Positions 46,292-56,563 of a DNA stretch of 64,000 nt are shown here, in pieces. The notes beneath the pieces were generated by a model. It ran no database searches, was not told where the DNA came from, and saw only the letters and a program-made list of their open reading frames with translations. This DNA is from an uncultured Desulfurococcales archaeon. GTDB taxonomy: Archaea; Thermoproteota; Thermoprotei_A; CAZTBM01; SZUA-1508. Each line of letters starts with the position of its first letter. The stretch's first letter is position 1. The DNA lies in assembly GCA_964611985.1 (NCBI GenBank), contig CAZTBM010000003.1, positions 692 through 64,691 on the forward strand, read 5' to 3'. The translations under genes were made by a program, and so were the position numbers.

Positions 46292-47339
46292 TGTAAAGGA
46301 GTTCATAGACAGACTACTGGACTCACATATATCATTGGCTATCGTAACGACACACAGAAATGCTGATCCCGATGCTGTCGCCTCGGTTTATGCTTTTAAT
46401 CATCTTCTAAAGAAGATAAAGGGTAATGTAAGAATACTCAATGTACTTCCAGAAGGTCTTAGTGCTGTATCAAAAAGGCTCATTGAATATTTAAATGTTA
46501 GTTTGGAGCTCTTAGGACCAAGCGATATTAGTACTGATATACTAAAGAACGTAGATGCCATAATAGTTCTTGATACATGTTCATCAGAGCAACTTGGACC
46601 TCTAAAGGATATACTGAAGGAAAGGTATAGACAAGTAAGAATATTTGTAATAGATCATCATTTTGCTCATAAAGATCTGGCTGAATTAGCTTATGCAATA
46701 TTAATACTCAAGGATGCTCGTGCTACAGCAGAAATAATTTACACTCTATATGATTATCTCAATATTCAACCTACAGAGGATGCTGCTAATTTACTACTAG
46801 CTGGAATAGTATATGATACTCGACATTTCATACTGGCACGAGCTGAAACGTTCAATGTAGTTGCCTCTTTAATAAAATATGGAGCAAAATATACCACAGT
46901 TCTAAAGGCTCTTCAGTCTAAAATGGAGACTCCAGAGAAAATAGCAAGACTTAAAGCAGCACAACGTATGCAAATACATAGAATTGATAAATGGATTATA
47001 GTTACGACACATGTAGGCGCTTATGAAGCAAGTGCAGCTAGAGCTCTACTTGACCTAGGGGCAGATGTTGCATTTGTAGCTTCAGAAGACAAGGGTGAAG
47101 TTAGAGTTTCTGTAAGAGCAAGAGACGAGTTCTATAGGGAAACAGGAATTCATTTAGGAAGAGACATTATGAAACCTCTTGGTGAATTTCTACATGGGGG
47201 AGGAGGGGGGCATGAAACAGCTGCAGCAGCTTCAGGTCGTGGCTCAGCCGAATTAGCGTTAATCAAGTGTATAGAGTTATTAAAAGATTTAATAAGGAAG
47301 ACTAAAGAGAAGGGAAAAGAAGAGGAAAAGAAGGTATGA
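46257..47339 (+). CDS. DHH/DHHA1-family phosphoesterase (NrnA-like) with intact motifs
   Basis: 360 aa. Motif I HRNADPDAVAS, motif II IIVLDTCS, motif III VIDHHF, motif IV GGGGGH. Confidence 0.75.
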   Translation: MAKEVIKENKNDVKEFIDRLLDSHISLAIVTTHRNADPDAVASVYAFNHLLKKIKGNVRILNVLPEGLSAVSKRLIEYLNVSLELLGPSDISTDILKNVDAIIVLDTCSSEQLGPLKDILKERYRQVRIFVIDHHFAHKDLAELAYAILILKDARATAEIIYTLYDYLNIQPTEDAANLLLAGIVYDTRHFILARAETFNVVASLIKYGAKYTTVLKALQSKMETPEKIARLKAAQRMQIHRIDKWIIVTTHVGAYEASAARALLDLGADVAFVASEDKGEVRVSVRARDEFYRETGIHLGRDIMKPLGEFLHGGGGGHETAAAASGRGSAELALIKCIELLKDLIRKTKEKGKEEEKKV

Positions 47340-48199
47340 CTGAGGCAATCAAAGTAGAGAATTTAACATTTTACTATGAGGGTGAGAGCGAGCCTGCCCT
47401 TAAAAATGTAAATTTAACCATTAATGAAGGCGAATACGTGGTTATAACTGGTCCCTCAGGTAGTGGTAAATCAACACTTTGTAGAACTTTCAATGGGTTA
47501 ATACCACACTTCTATAAAGGTAAAATGATTGGCGAGGTCTACGTTAAAGGGTTACGTGTAAGAGATCACCCCGTTAAAGAACTCTCCAAAGTTGTTGGTA
47601 TGGTTTTTCAGGAACCAGAAAACCAAATCCTAACATTAACTGTTGAACAAGAGATCGCTTTTGGTTTAGAAAACTTGGGCTACCCACCTGATATAATAAG
47701 GGATAAAGTTGATGAAGTTCTAAATATAATGGGCATTAGTCATTTAAAAGATAAAGTTACCTTTGAATTATCTGGAGGTGAACTACAAAAAGTTGCAGTA
47801 GCAGCAATCTTAGCTATGAACCCCGATATCTTAGTTTTTGATGAACCAACATCAAATATGGATCCTCAGAGTGCACTAGACTTCTTGAAATATACTGTCA
47901 AAATCAACAAAGAATACAAAAAGACCATCATAATAACTGAGCATAGACTAGATTATATCATACCCTATGCTTCTAAAATTATAGTCCTTAATGAAGGTGA
48001 GATAGTAGCCTTAGGTGACCCTAGAAAAGTCTTAATAGAGAACACTCTTGAACACATTGGAGTATCAGTACCTCAGATTCCGTTCCTTTTTAAGAAGCTT
48101 AGAGATGAGATTCCTTGTCGTGAAGCTCCTTTAACCATAGATGAGGCTTTAGAGTTGTTGGTGGAGAGGCTTGCAGGACATAGCTATAGAAGTTCATAA
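47336..48199 (+). CDS. ecfA: ECF-transporter ATPase component (EcfA-type ABC ATPase)
   Basis: 287 aa with Walker A GPSGSGKST, signature LSGGELQK and Walker B ILVFDEPTS. ATGA overlap with the upstream gene. Confidence 0.8.
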   Translation: MTEAIKVENLTFYYEGESEPALKNVNLTINEGEYVVITGPSGSGKSTLCRTFNGLIPHFYKGKMIGEVYVKGLRVRDHPVKELSKVVGMVFQEPENQILTLTVEQEIAFGLENLGYPPDIIRDKVDEVLNIMGISHLKDKVTFELSGGELQKVAVAAILAMNPDILVFDEPTSNMDPQSALDFLKYTVKINKEYKKTIIITEHRLDYIIPYASKIIVLNEGEIVALGDPRKVLIENTLEHIGVSVPQIPFLFKKLRDEIPCREAPLTIDEALELLVERLAGHSYRSS

Positions 48200-49013
48200 T
48201 CTCTGGTTTAAGTATAAATATTCGAATGAGTGGGTTCTAAAGAACATAAATATAACTATACGTAAAGGCGAAAGTATAGTTATTCTTGGCGAAAATGGTT
48301 CAGGAAAAACTACTTTAATAAAACACTTCAATGGCCTATTGAAACCATCTAGGGGTTCAGTAAAGGTATTAGGAATAGACACTCGACAAGCAAGTGTAGC
48401 TCAGCTCTCTAGAAAAGTAGGAATAGTATTCCAGAACCCCTTTCATCAGTTTTTCTCAGAGACAGTATGGGATGAAGTAGCCTTTGCCCTTTACAACTTT
48501 GGTTACACTGAGAAGGAGATTAAGGATAGAGTAGAGGGGACTCTAAAGCTATTAGGACTCTATAAGTACAAGAATAAATCACCATTTACTCTAAGTGGAG
48601 GGGAGATGAGAAGATTAGCTTTAGCCTCAATACTAGTTTATGATCCTGAAATAATAGTATTAGATGAACCAACAGTAGGCCAAGACGCAAGAAATAAACA
48701 GAAGCTAGCAGAACTCATAAAGCTAATGGTGGATATGAAGAAAACAGTAATAGTAGTAACACATGATATTGAGTTTGCAATAGAAAATTTCCCACGTGTA
48801 ATAGTATTGAGCAAAGGTGAAGTTATAGCTGATGGGCCACCTAATCAAATAATATATGATGATATTATCGTTAAGAAATCTAGAATAATAAGGCCCCCTA
48901 TAATCTCCCTACTGTTAAGGTTAAGAGAAGTATGCAACGTGAGCATTGATTATTCAAAAGTAAAGTTCGAGGATATAGCAAACTATATTAAAGGTTTAGC
49001 TGGAGGTGGCTGA
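48171..49013 (+). CDS. ecfA: ECF-transporter ATPase component, second copy (EcfA')
   Basis: 280 aa with Walker A GENGSGKTT, signature LSGGEMRR and Walker B IIVLDEPTV. Confidence 0.8.
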   Translation: MQDIAIEVHNLWFKYKYSNEWVLKNINITIRKGESIVILGENGSGKTTLIKHFNGLLKPSRGSVKVLGIDTRQASVAQLSRKVGIVFQNPFHQFFSETVWDEVAFALYNFGYTEKEIKDRVEGTLKLLGLYKYKNKSPFTLSGGEMRRLALASILVYDPEIIVLDEPTVGQDARNKQKLAELIKLMVDMKKTVIVVTHDIEFAIENFPRVIVLSKGEVIADGPPNQIIYDDIIVKKSRIIRPPIISLLLRLREVCNVSIDYSKVKFEDIANYIKGLAGGG

Positions 49014-49016
49014 GTC

Positions 49017-49796
49017 ATATCTTTCGCAAATAGATTATACCTAGCGTTCATATATAGGAAGGAGGATAAATTACTCTTCAAGCTGGATCCAAGATCGAAA
49101 CTCATATCATTAATATTATTCACATTGCTCATTACACTTCTTTCTTCACCTTTAAGCTTAACATTATATCTCCTAGTAGTCCTTTCAATGTCATACTTTT
49201 TTGCTAACTTTAGAAGATGTTTGGAAGCAGTTTTAGCATTAAAGTACTTCTTCATATTATTATTCATTATTATTTATGTTTACACGTCCTATCCTGAGCT
49301 ACTGTTTAATATTGAAGGTTTAACTTATGCATACATTGCAACCTTAAGATTTATTGTATTAATTTTACTGTTTTCACTTTTCATCTCGACTACAAATCTC
49401 ATGGACCTAACTTACACATTAACTAAAATGGGTTTACCTTATGAGGTAGCTTTTACATTAACTCTTTCTATAAGGTTTGTGCCAACTATTGCTAGAGATA
49501 TACAATCAATATATGATGCCCAAAGATCACGAGGTCTAGAACTAGAGAAAGGTAACATATTCAAAAGAATTAGAAATTTAACAGCTATTTTGATACCAGC
49601 ATTTACCACTACACTACTTAGAGTAGATAGAGTGGCAGAGGCGTTAGAAAGCAGAGCCTTTGGTGCAGTAAAGAATAGAACATACCTCTACCAAACACGG
49701 ATATCTCGACTAGATATCTTATTCTTAGCTATCACGATAATCATCGTGCTTTGCCTCTATTATTTAAATAGTATTGTCCAGTTTCTTCTTTTCTAG
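49017..49796 (+). CDS. ecfT: ECF-transporter transmembrane component EcfT (CbiQ family); probable non-canonical ATA start
   Basis: Multi-TM protein with AQRSRG and RVDRVAEALESRAF motifs. The family-typical LDPRSK segment is encoded upstream of the first canonical start (TTG 49125). ATA 49017 lies 8 nt after GGAGGTG. Confidence 0.75.
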   Translation: MSFANRLYLAFIYRKEDKLLFKLDPRSKLISLILFTLLITLLSSPLSLTLYLLVVLSMSYFFANFRRCLEAVLALKYFFILLFIIIYVYTSYPELLFNIEGLTYAYIATLRFIVLILLFSLFISTTNLMDLTYTLTKMGLPYEVAFTLTLSIRFVPTIARDIQSIYDAQRSRGLELEKGNIFKRIRNLTAILIPAFTTTLLRVDRVAEALESRAFGAVKNRTYLYQTRISRLDILFLAITIIIVLCLYYLNSIVQFLLF

Positions 49797-50507
49797 GATA
49801 TACTTTACTATGGGCAGAGATTTAAGTTCATGCTTGAGTATTTCTGGTATTATTCCCCTTGGCCGCTTCTCCCTTTCTATAACGTTCATTACTCTTGTAG
49901 GTGTAACTATAGTATCGACAGGGACATCATGAACAGACTTCTTTAATGGTTTATTCAACACTTGAATGTCATGGACTATTGTTATTATTGGAATATCCTC
50001 CCTTATTCGATCACTTTCTAAGAGTATGGCATATTCAAGATCACTATATCCTCCACCTTTACCTAGTCTAACACCATTAATTCTAGATACAACTACGGAG
50101 CCGACGATAAAGAGGTCTATTTCAGGTATATTCCATGGATTTTCTGTTACTTTACCATACTTAAAAGCCCCTCTAATGGTTGATGCTTCATCTACCACCG
50201 ACTTATGAATAATGTTTCCACGTAAAATAATAAAGCCCCTTCTTAGTCTAGGTGTAGGCATGACTATAGTTTTACCCTTTAGTAAGAGAATTCGCCTAAT
50301 CTCCTTTAATGGAGAATCAGGATCTACCTTTACTACATTGGCTTCCTTTACTACATCCATCATTGAGGCTCTAATGCAAGCCCTTTCAACACCATGAAAG
50401 TTTGGTATTCTACCGTAAACTGGTCTAGGAAACCTGGCAATACCTTTACTCTCAAGAGCATACCATATCCTCTTTCTTAACTCGCTCTTCCAATCATTAT
50501 TTACCAA
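49764..50507 (-). CDS. 5-formyltetrahydrofolate cyclo-ligase-family protein
   Basis: 247 aa with YGRIPNFHG and NGVRLGKGGGYSDLEY (family GxGGGYYD-type motif). Its 3' end overlaps ecfT convergently by 33 nt. Confidence 0.55.
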   Translation of the reverse strand: MVNNDWKSELRKRIWYALESKGIARFPRPVYGRIPNFHGVERACIRASMMDVVKEANVVKVDPDSPLKEIRRILLLKGKTIVMPTPRLRRGFIILRGNIIHKSVVDEASTIRGAFKYGKVTENPWNIPEIDLFIVGSVVVSRINGVRLGKGGGYSDLEYAILLESDRIREDIPIITIVHDIQVLNKPLKKSVHDVPVDTIVTPTRVMNVIEREKRPRGIIPEILKHELKSLPIVKYILEKKKLDNTI

Positions 50508-50615
50508 GGCATACCAACCACAGATAATTATAAGTATGAATAGGATAGTTTATATCCCCGGACGCTATTTAGAAAAACCAACGGTGAAAGTAATAAAAGT
50601 TAACGGTGTAATCCC

Positions 50616-52826
50616 ATGGTCAAATATAAGATGGTTAAGGACATAATCAAGATAATGAATAACCTAGAGCAGGTTAGAAACATAGGTATAATAGCACACG
50701 TAGACCACGGTAAAACGACTACCTCAGATCACCTTCTAATGGCAGCCGGTATTATATCACCTAAAGTTGCAGGTGAAGCTCTAGCCCTAGACTACCTAGA
50801 TGTAGAGCAGCGTAGAGGTATTACCGTCAAGTCTGCAAACATAAGCCTCTACCACGAGTATGAAGGTAAACCCTACGTAATTAACCTTATTGACACACCT
50901 GGCCACGTTGACTTCTCAGGTAAAGTAACACGTGCTCTAAGAGTGCTTGATGGCGCATTGGTAATAGTTGATGCTGTAGAAGGTGTAATGACACAGACAG
51001 AGACAGTACTAAGACAAGCATTAGAAGAGAGAGTTAGACCATTACTGTACATTAACAAAGTTGACCGATTAATTAAGGAGTTAAGGCTTACACCAAGTGA
51101 AATGCAACAGAGACTAATTCAGATAATCAAGGAGATTAACGGATTAATAGACTTGTATGCTGAACCCCAATTTAGAGATAAATGGAAACTTGATCCAGCT
51201 AAAGGTATGGTAGCATTCGGTTCAGCAAAGGATAAGTGGGGCTTTACGGTACCCTACGCTCAAAAGAAAGGTATAAAGTTTAGTGACGTCTATGAAGCCT
51301 ATAAGAGAGGGCCTGAAGGCGTTGCAGAACTAGCTAAAGTCGCCCCGCTTCATGAAACACTACTAGACATGATAGTTAAGTTCGTACCGAACCCACTCGT
51401 AGCCCAGAAATATCGAATACCTAAGATCTGGAGAGGAGACATAAACTCAGAAATAGGTAAGGCAATGCTAGAGTGTGATCCTGACGGACCTACAGTACTT
51501 TTCATAAATAACGTTAATATAGATCCACATGCAGGACTCGTAGCTACTGGTAGAATATTCTCTGGAGTTGTAGAGGATGGAAGAGAGCTATGGTTAATAC
51601 AAGCCAGAGCTCCCGGAAAGGTATTACAAACAAGCATCTACATGGGTCCATATAGAGAAGTCGTTGATAAAGTGCCTGCAGGAAACATAGTAGCAGTCTT
51701 AGGATTGGAAAAGGCTAGAGCAGGAGAAACCGCAGTAACACCAGAATATAAGGATGTAATGGCACCATTCGAGAAGCTAAGATACATTTCAGAGCCTGTA
51801 GTAACTATAGCCGTAGAACCGAAGAATAGTAGAGATTTAACTAAACTAATAGACATACTCCGTAAGATGAGTATTGAAGACCCCAACTTAGTCGTCAAGA
51901 TAAATGAGGAGACTGGAGAATATCTAATCTCAGGTATGGGTCACCTACATCTAGAAATAGCATTAACGCTAATGAAGGAGAATTACGGTCTTGAAGTAAT
52001 AACGTCACCACCCATAATAGTCTATAGAGAGAGCGTCAGAACATCATCAAAAGTGTTTGAAGGTAAATCACCAAACAAACATAACAAAGTATATATCAGC
52101 GTTGAACCATTAGATGAGACGAGTATTAAGCTAATACAGGAAGGTGTAATCACCGAAGATCAGGATAGAAGGGAGAGAGCTAAAATACTAAGAGAGCAAG
52201 CAGGATGGGACACTGATGAAGCAAGAAACATATGGGCCATCGACGAGAGAATCAACGTATTCATAGACCTTACTAAAGGTGTACAACACTTACGTGAAGT
52301 AAAGGAAACAATAATTGGTGGATTCAGATTAGCTATGAGCGAGGGACCATTAGCTCATGAACCTGTTAGAGGCCTAAAGGTAATACTCCATGATGCAGTA
52401 ATACATGAAGACCCAGCCCATAGAGGTCCCGCACAAATATATCCGGCAGTTAGAAACGCTATATTCGCTGGAATGTTAACAGCAAAACCAACACTACTAG
52501 AGCCAATACAGAAAATAGACATTAGAACGCCAATGGAATACATGGGTGACGTAACAAGAGTTATAACACAAAGAAGAGGAAGGATACTAAACGTTATACA
52601 TCAAGGACCGATAGTCCGAGTTATAGGTGAGATACCAGTGGCCGAGAGCCGAGATCTAGCATCAGTACTAAGAAGCGTGTCAGCTGGAAGAGCCTTCTGG
52701 GGTACAGAGTTTAGTAGATGGGCACCAGTACCAGACAGCCTACTGCCAGAAGTGATAAGAAAGATTAGAGAAAGAAAGGGCTTACCACCAGAGCCTCCAA
52801 GAGCAGAAGACTTTATTGGATTCTAA
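50616..52826 (+). CDS. fusA: Translation elongation factor EF-2
   Basis: 736 aa with [17 protein letters not shown] and NKVDR, plus the diphthamide-loop region HEDPAHRG. Confidence 0.97.
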   Translation: MVKYKMVKDIIKIMNNLEQVRNIGIIAHVDHGKTTTSDHLLMAAGIISPKVAGEALALDYLDVEQRRGITVKSANISLYHEYEGKPYVINLIDTPGHVDFSGKVTRALRVLDGALVIVDAVEGVMTQTETVLRQALEERVRPLLYINKVDRLIKELRLTPSEMQQRLIQIIKEINGLIDLYAEPQFRDKWKLDPAKGMVAFGSAKDKWGFTVPYAQKKGIKFSDVYEAYKRGPEGVAELAKVAPLHETLLDMIVKFVPNPLVAQKYRIPKIWRGDINSEIGKAMLECDPDGPTVLFINNVNIDPHAGLVATGRIFSGVVEDGRELWLIQARAPGKVLQTSIYMGPYREVVDKVPAGNIVAVLGLEKARAGETAVTPEYKDVMAPFEKLRYISEPVVTIAVEPKNSRDLTKLIDILRKMSIEDPNLVVKINEETGEYLISGMGHLHLEIALTLMKENYGLEVITSPPIIVYRESVRTSSKVFEGKSPNKHNKVYISVEPLDETSIKLIQEGVITEDQDRRERAKILREQAGWDTDEARNIWAIDERINVFIDLTKGVQHLREVKETIIGGFRLAMSEGPLAHEPVRGLKVILHDAVIHEDPAHRGPAQIYPAVRNAIFAGMLTAKPTLLEPIQKIDIRTPMEYMGDVTRVITQRRGRILNVIHQGPIVRVIGEIPVAESRDLASVLRSVSAGRAFWGTEFSRWAPVPDSLLPEVIRKIRERKGLPPEPPRAEDFIGF

Positions 52827-52850
52827 TCCTAAATAACCACTTTCACCCTA

Positions 52851-53972
52851 ATGGGGTGTTGCGTATTTAGCGAAGAGAGATTAAAAATTGACAGACGACA
52901 TTTAAAGAAAATAATAAGTGAATTGTCAAAGTGGAAAGCCCCAGCAACCATACTTTTGAGCCTATACATTCCGCCAGGGCGTAATATAGGCGACGTAGTA
53001 AATCTACTAAGACAAGAGCTCGCGATAACAGACAACATAAAATTAAAGAGAACACGAGATGCTGTTCAGAGAGCACTATCTGCAGCAATGGACAGATTAT
53101 CAATGATCCGAAAGAACCCTGAGAACGGTCTAGTAGTATTTTCAGGAGTGAATGTCGAAACAGGAGACTTCATATGCTTAATATTCAGCCCACCAGACCC
53201 TGTGCCAGTATACTTCTATAGAACAGACAAGGAATTCCACCTTGAATTCTTAAAGGACATGGTTGAAGAATCACAAGTATACGGGATAATACTAATAGAG
53301 AGAGACCAAGCAACAATAGGAATGCTTAGAGGCTCTAGACTAATAGTACTAGATGAAATCGAGGACTACATCCCCGGAAAACACCATAAGGGAGGTCAAA
53401 GCCAGAGAAGATTCGATAGGATAATAGAGCAACTTGTAGAAAACTTTTACAAAAAGGTAGCTGAAAGAGCTAAAGAACATTTCATACAGTTTCTTAACGA
53501 AGGAAAGCTAGCAGGTATACTCATAGGTGGACCAGGATACGCTAAATACGACTTCTTCGAAGGAAAATACTTAGACTATAGACTACAATCCAAGGTACTA
53601 ACACCATTATATGATACATCATACCAAGGTGAGGCAGGATTAAGAGAACTAGTAATGAAAGCACATGAAAGATTAAAGAACCAGAGGTACGTGGGTGCAT
53701 TAAAGGCTATTGAGGAGTTTAAGCTACACCTAGTTAAAGATGACGGACTGGCAATATACGGTGATGAAGATGTGAAGAATGCCCTACGTCAAGGACTCCT
53801 TAAGACAATAATAGTTCATGAGGATAGAAAAGACGTCGACCAACTAATAGAAGAGGCTAAAAACTATGGAACACAATGTCATGTAATAACTGACGAAATA
53901 CCTGAAGGCGAATGGATAAAGAAGACGTTTAACGGTCTTGTAGGTATACTTAGGTATAGAATTCAATTATAA
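52851..53972 (+). CDS. prf1: Peptide chain release factor aRF1
   Basis: 373 aa with the GGQ motif HHKGGQSQRRF and SLYIPPGR. The NIKS position reads NIKL (53034-53045). The YxCxxxF position reads YRTDKEF. Confidence 0.9.
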   Translation: MGCCVFSEERLKIDRRHLKKIISELSKWKAPATILLSLYIPPGRNIGDVVNLLRQELAITDNIKLKRTRDAVQRALSAAMDRLSMIRKNPENGLVVFSGVNVETGDFICLIFSPPDPVPVYFYRTDKEFHLEFLKDMVEESQVYGIILIERDQATIGMLRGSRLIVLDEIEDYIPGKHHKGGQSQRRFDRIIEQLVENFYKKVAERAKEHFIQFLNEGKLAGILIGGPGYAKYDFFEGKYLDYRLQSKVLTPLYDTSYQGEAGLRELVMKAHERLKNQRYVGALKAIEEFKLHLVKDDGLAIYGDEDVKNALRQGLLKTIIVHEDRKDVDQLIEEAKNYGTQCHVITDEIPEGEWIKKTFNGLVGILRYRIQL

Positions 53973-54115
53973 ACTTAGATCTGAAATTTTCCTCTAATGA
54001 AATACATAAAAACTGGTGAAAACATTATCCTTTAATTTAAAAACTATAATTGAAAACATTTTTATAACTGATTACTATGTAAATAGCTAACAGATGTATC
54101 TTATAGGAGGCTTAA

Positions 54116-54457
54116 ATGAAAATGAGTAAAGATCAAATCATAGGTTTATTACTCCTAATAGGTTCGATCATAGTAATAATAGTATATGGATGGATAATGT
54201 TCTTTGTTGAGGCTTGGAGCTTATTACTATTAAAGCTTACAGCATTTATTGGTGTAGCTGCAGTATTAGGTATACTAGCATGGATCGGGTACACTTTAGC
54301 AACTACACCTCCACCTAAACCGATAGAGGAGATAGAGAAAGAACTAGAGAAAGAGCTTAAAGAACTAGAAGCCTCCATGAAGTCTGAAGAGAAGAAGGGA
54401 GAAGAAAAGAAAGAAGAGAAAAAAGAAGAAGCTAGCAAAGCAGAGGAGAAGAAGTAA
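54116..54457 (+). CDS. Small membrane protein (two TM helices) with Glu/Lys-rich C-terminal tail
   Basis: 113 aa. SD GGAGG before the ATG. Hydrophobic segments IIGLLLLIGSIIVIIVYGWIMFF and AFIGVAAVLGILAWIGY, then TPPPKP and an EK-rich tail. Confidence 0.4.
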   Translation: MKMSKDQIIGLLLLIGSIIVIIVYGWIMFFVEAWSLLLLKLTAFIGVAAVLGILAWIGYTLATTPPPKPIEEIEKELEKELKELEASMKSEEKKGEEKKEEKKEEASKAEEKK

Positions 54458-54617
54458 GCAAAGATAACTAAATTAGATAATAGTAGATAAAATAAATAAC
54501 TACACATTAGAGTAATATTTGCAAATATAATTCTATACCTAGCTACCACTAAAGGAGAACTATACATAACACTTTTTACTCATTACCTGTACTTTATAGC
54601 TTATAGGGACAGAGGTA

Positions 54618-54908
54618 ATGGAATTAATAGCATTCCTACTAATACTCATAATAAGTTTAACGATAGTAGATATTGCACTATCATTTATGGCTTACATATT
54701 ACACAAAGCGCCATTAAACTTTGCCCTAATAAGGGAGTTATCCCTCTTTAAGTTAATTTCAAGCGTAGTATACGTCATGGTTTCGTGGACAGCTTTTACC
54801 TTTGGAGGCAGAAGGGTAAAAGAAGTAGTCCTCATTATAAGTTTCTTAATATGCTTATTCCTTGTAGGCATGGTTTGGCTTAATGTAATCTCTCTATACT
54901 TTACTTAG
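54618..54908 (+). CDS. Small hypothetical membrane protein (about 3 TM helices)
   Basis: 96-aa hydrophobic ORF. GAGG lies 3 nt upstream of the ATG. No recognisable motif. Confidence 0.35.
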   Translation: MELIAFLLILIISLTIVDIALSFMAYILHKAPLNFALIRELSLFKLISSVVYVMVSWTAFTFGGRRVKEVVLIISFLICLFLVGMVWLNVISLYFT

Positions 54909-54945
54909 GTTCCTTCAGCTAAATTTACGAAAATAGGAGTCTCAT

Positions 54946-56298
54946 ATGGGAGAGGAGTGGGTCAATACTTACAATAAAGTGATGAAATTCCTTAATAAGT
55001 ACAATCGGAATAGGAAGTTTACATTCTCAGAGAGGCAGAAAAGAGTATTTGAGAAATTAATTGATGAACTTAAGAATGAATTCATCGACTATGTTTTGGA
55101 CGGGGAGGTGAAGATAGCCTATCAATGGGTTGATATACTCTTAAAAACTATTGAAAACCTTAAGAGCACACTAAACATTAAGGGCGTTACTTTTCCCAAA
55201 GAGTTCAAGCGGTTTATTGAAGATCCTAAAAGCCATCTTAAGAGAAAGATATTCAATTACTTATATGACCTATTAAGGGACAAAATAACCATAGATGATT
55301 TTTCAAGAAGAGCTCAAGCTGCAATAACGACATCGTTTAGAACAAACTTACGTTCATTATATCAGTACTGGGTTTTTCTCACAATACTTAACATACTTGG
55401 AGAGAAAGGAGCTAAAATAGTATACCCTGAACATTTCTATGTGCCATTAGATAGAAGTGGTAAACAGAAGACAGGAACTATCCCCCCAAATACAGTTCTA
55501 TTCATGGAGGGCCAGGGCTATCTTAGCTTTTTTATAGAAGCCCCTAGACCTATAGGATGGGAGGATACTGAGGACCTAAAAAGGTCATGGAGCTTCTATG
55601 TTGCATTAAGACCTGACATAATGGTTTATAGCGGTCTAATAATGAATATTATTGACTTAAACAATGAGCCACCAATACTAAGACCAGACATAATCATTGA
55701 ATGCAAGGAACTCGATGACTGGTTTCTAAGGGTTCGTGATATGAGAGGCCAATTTGCAAAACCAATAACAGCTGAAGAGTGGCGTAGTAGGTGGATAGAA
55801 GGGTTGTGGGAAGGTCTAGCTGAAGCCATGGGGGTTCAGAGAGCTGAAGTCGAAAAGAGGATTAAAGAAAGGAAAAGTATACGTCTAAGGGAAGATAAAG
55901 TTGTAAAGCTATACAAGAAAGTATACAATCCTAAACTAATGTTTTTAATATCTAGGGCTAAAGTACCACAAGAGTTAAGGGAGGATATGGAAGCTGAAGG
56001 CATAATAGTTATTGATGATGTCAAATTTAATCATACAAAGTTAGGTAGCTTAGTTGAAGTAATCGGGAAAACATCTTCATTTTCAGGTGTAACATACCAT
56101 TTACTACATCTTAGGTTACCTCGAGAACTATATAACGACATATTAGAATTATCAAGGGAATTACGGTTAATTATAGGGAGGGAAAACATATTTATTGAAG
56201 ACATAGTGATACAAGCAATAAGGTATGCTTTAAGATATAAAAATGAGTTTAAAGAGAAACTAAAGGAATGGGTTGGGAATAATGGGAACAACGTATAA
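54946..56298 (+). CDS. Uncharacterised 450-aa protein with a central PD-(D/E)xK nuclease-like signature
   Basis: FFIEAP (E198), ALRPDIMVY (D224) and PDIIIECKEL (E252-x-K254, nt 55699-55707) follow the E...D...ExK order of restriction-endonuclease-fold proteins. Helical N- and C-terminal regions show no known motif. Confidence 0.4.
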   Translation: MGEEWVNTYNKVMKFLNKYNRNRKFTFSERQKRVFEKLIDELKNEFIDYVLDGEVKIAYQWVDILLKTIENLKSTLNIKGVTFPKEFKRFIEDPKSHLKRKIFNYLYDLLRDKITIDDFSRRAQAAITTSFRTNLRSLYQYWVFLTILNILGEKGAKIVYPEHFYVPLDRSGKQKTGTIPPNTVLFMEGQGYLSFFIEAPRPIGWEDTEDLKRSWSFYVALRPDIMVYSGLIMNIIDLNNEPPILRPDIIIECKELDDWFLRVRDMRGQFAKPITAEEWRSRWIEGLWEGLAEAMGVQRAEVEKRIKERKSIRLREDKVVKLYKKVYNPKLMFLISRAKVPQELREDMEAEGIIVIDDVKFNHTKLGSLVEVIGKTSSFSGVTYHLLHLRLPRELYNDILELSRELRLIIGRENIFIEDIVIQAIRYALRYKNEFKEKLKEWVGNNGNNV

Positions 56299-56557
56299 TA
56301 TAAATAGGCATCTTTTCTTTGCAGGTTTATTGCTAATAATTCTTGGAATAGTATTAACTATGATAATTCCCTTACTCTTGTTACCAAGTTTGACTAATAA
56401 TACTCAAATAGAACACTCTGGAGTTGCAATAGTGATAATAGGACCTTTACCTATAATAGTATCTTGGGGCAGTTTAGGCCCCTACCTTTTAGTATTGGTA
56501 ATAATAATTCTAATAGTGTTATTCCTTATGTTCTTAGTGTTAAAAATTCCAAGATGA
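56273..56557 (+). CDS. Small integral membrane protein (DUF131/TIGR00304-like, tentative)
   Basis: 94 aa, two long hydrophobic helices flanking GVAIVIIGPLPIIVSWGS. Overlaps the upstream ORF by 26 nt. Confidence 0.4.
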   Translation: MGIMGTTYNINRHLFFAGLLLIILGIVLTMIIPLLLLPSLTNNTQIEHSGVAIVIIGPLPIIVSWGSLGPYLLVLVIIILIVLFLMFLVLKIPR

Positions 56558-56563
56558 TGTACT

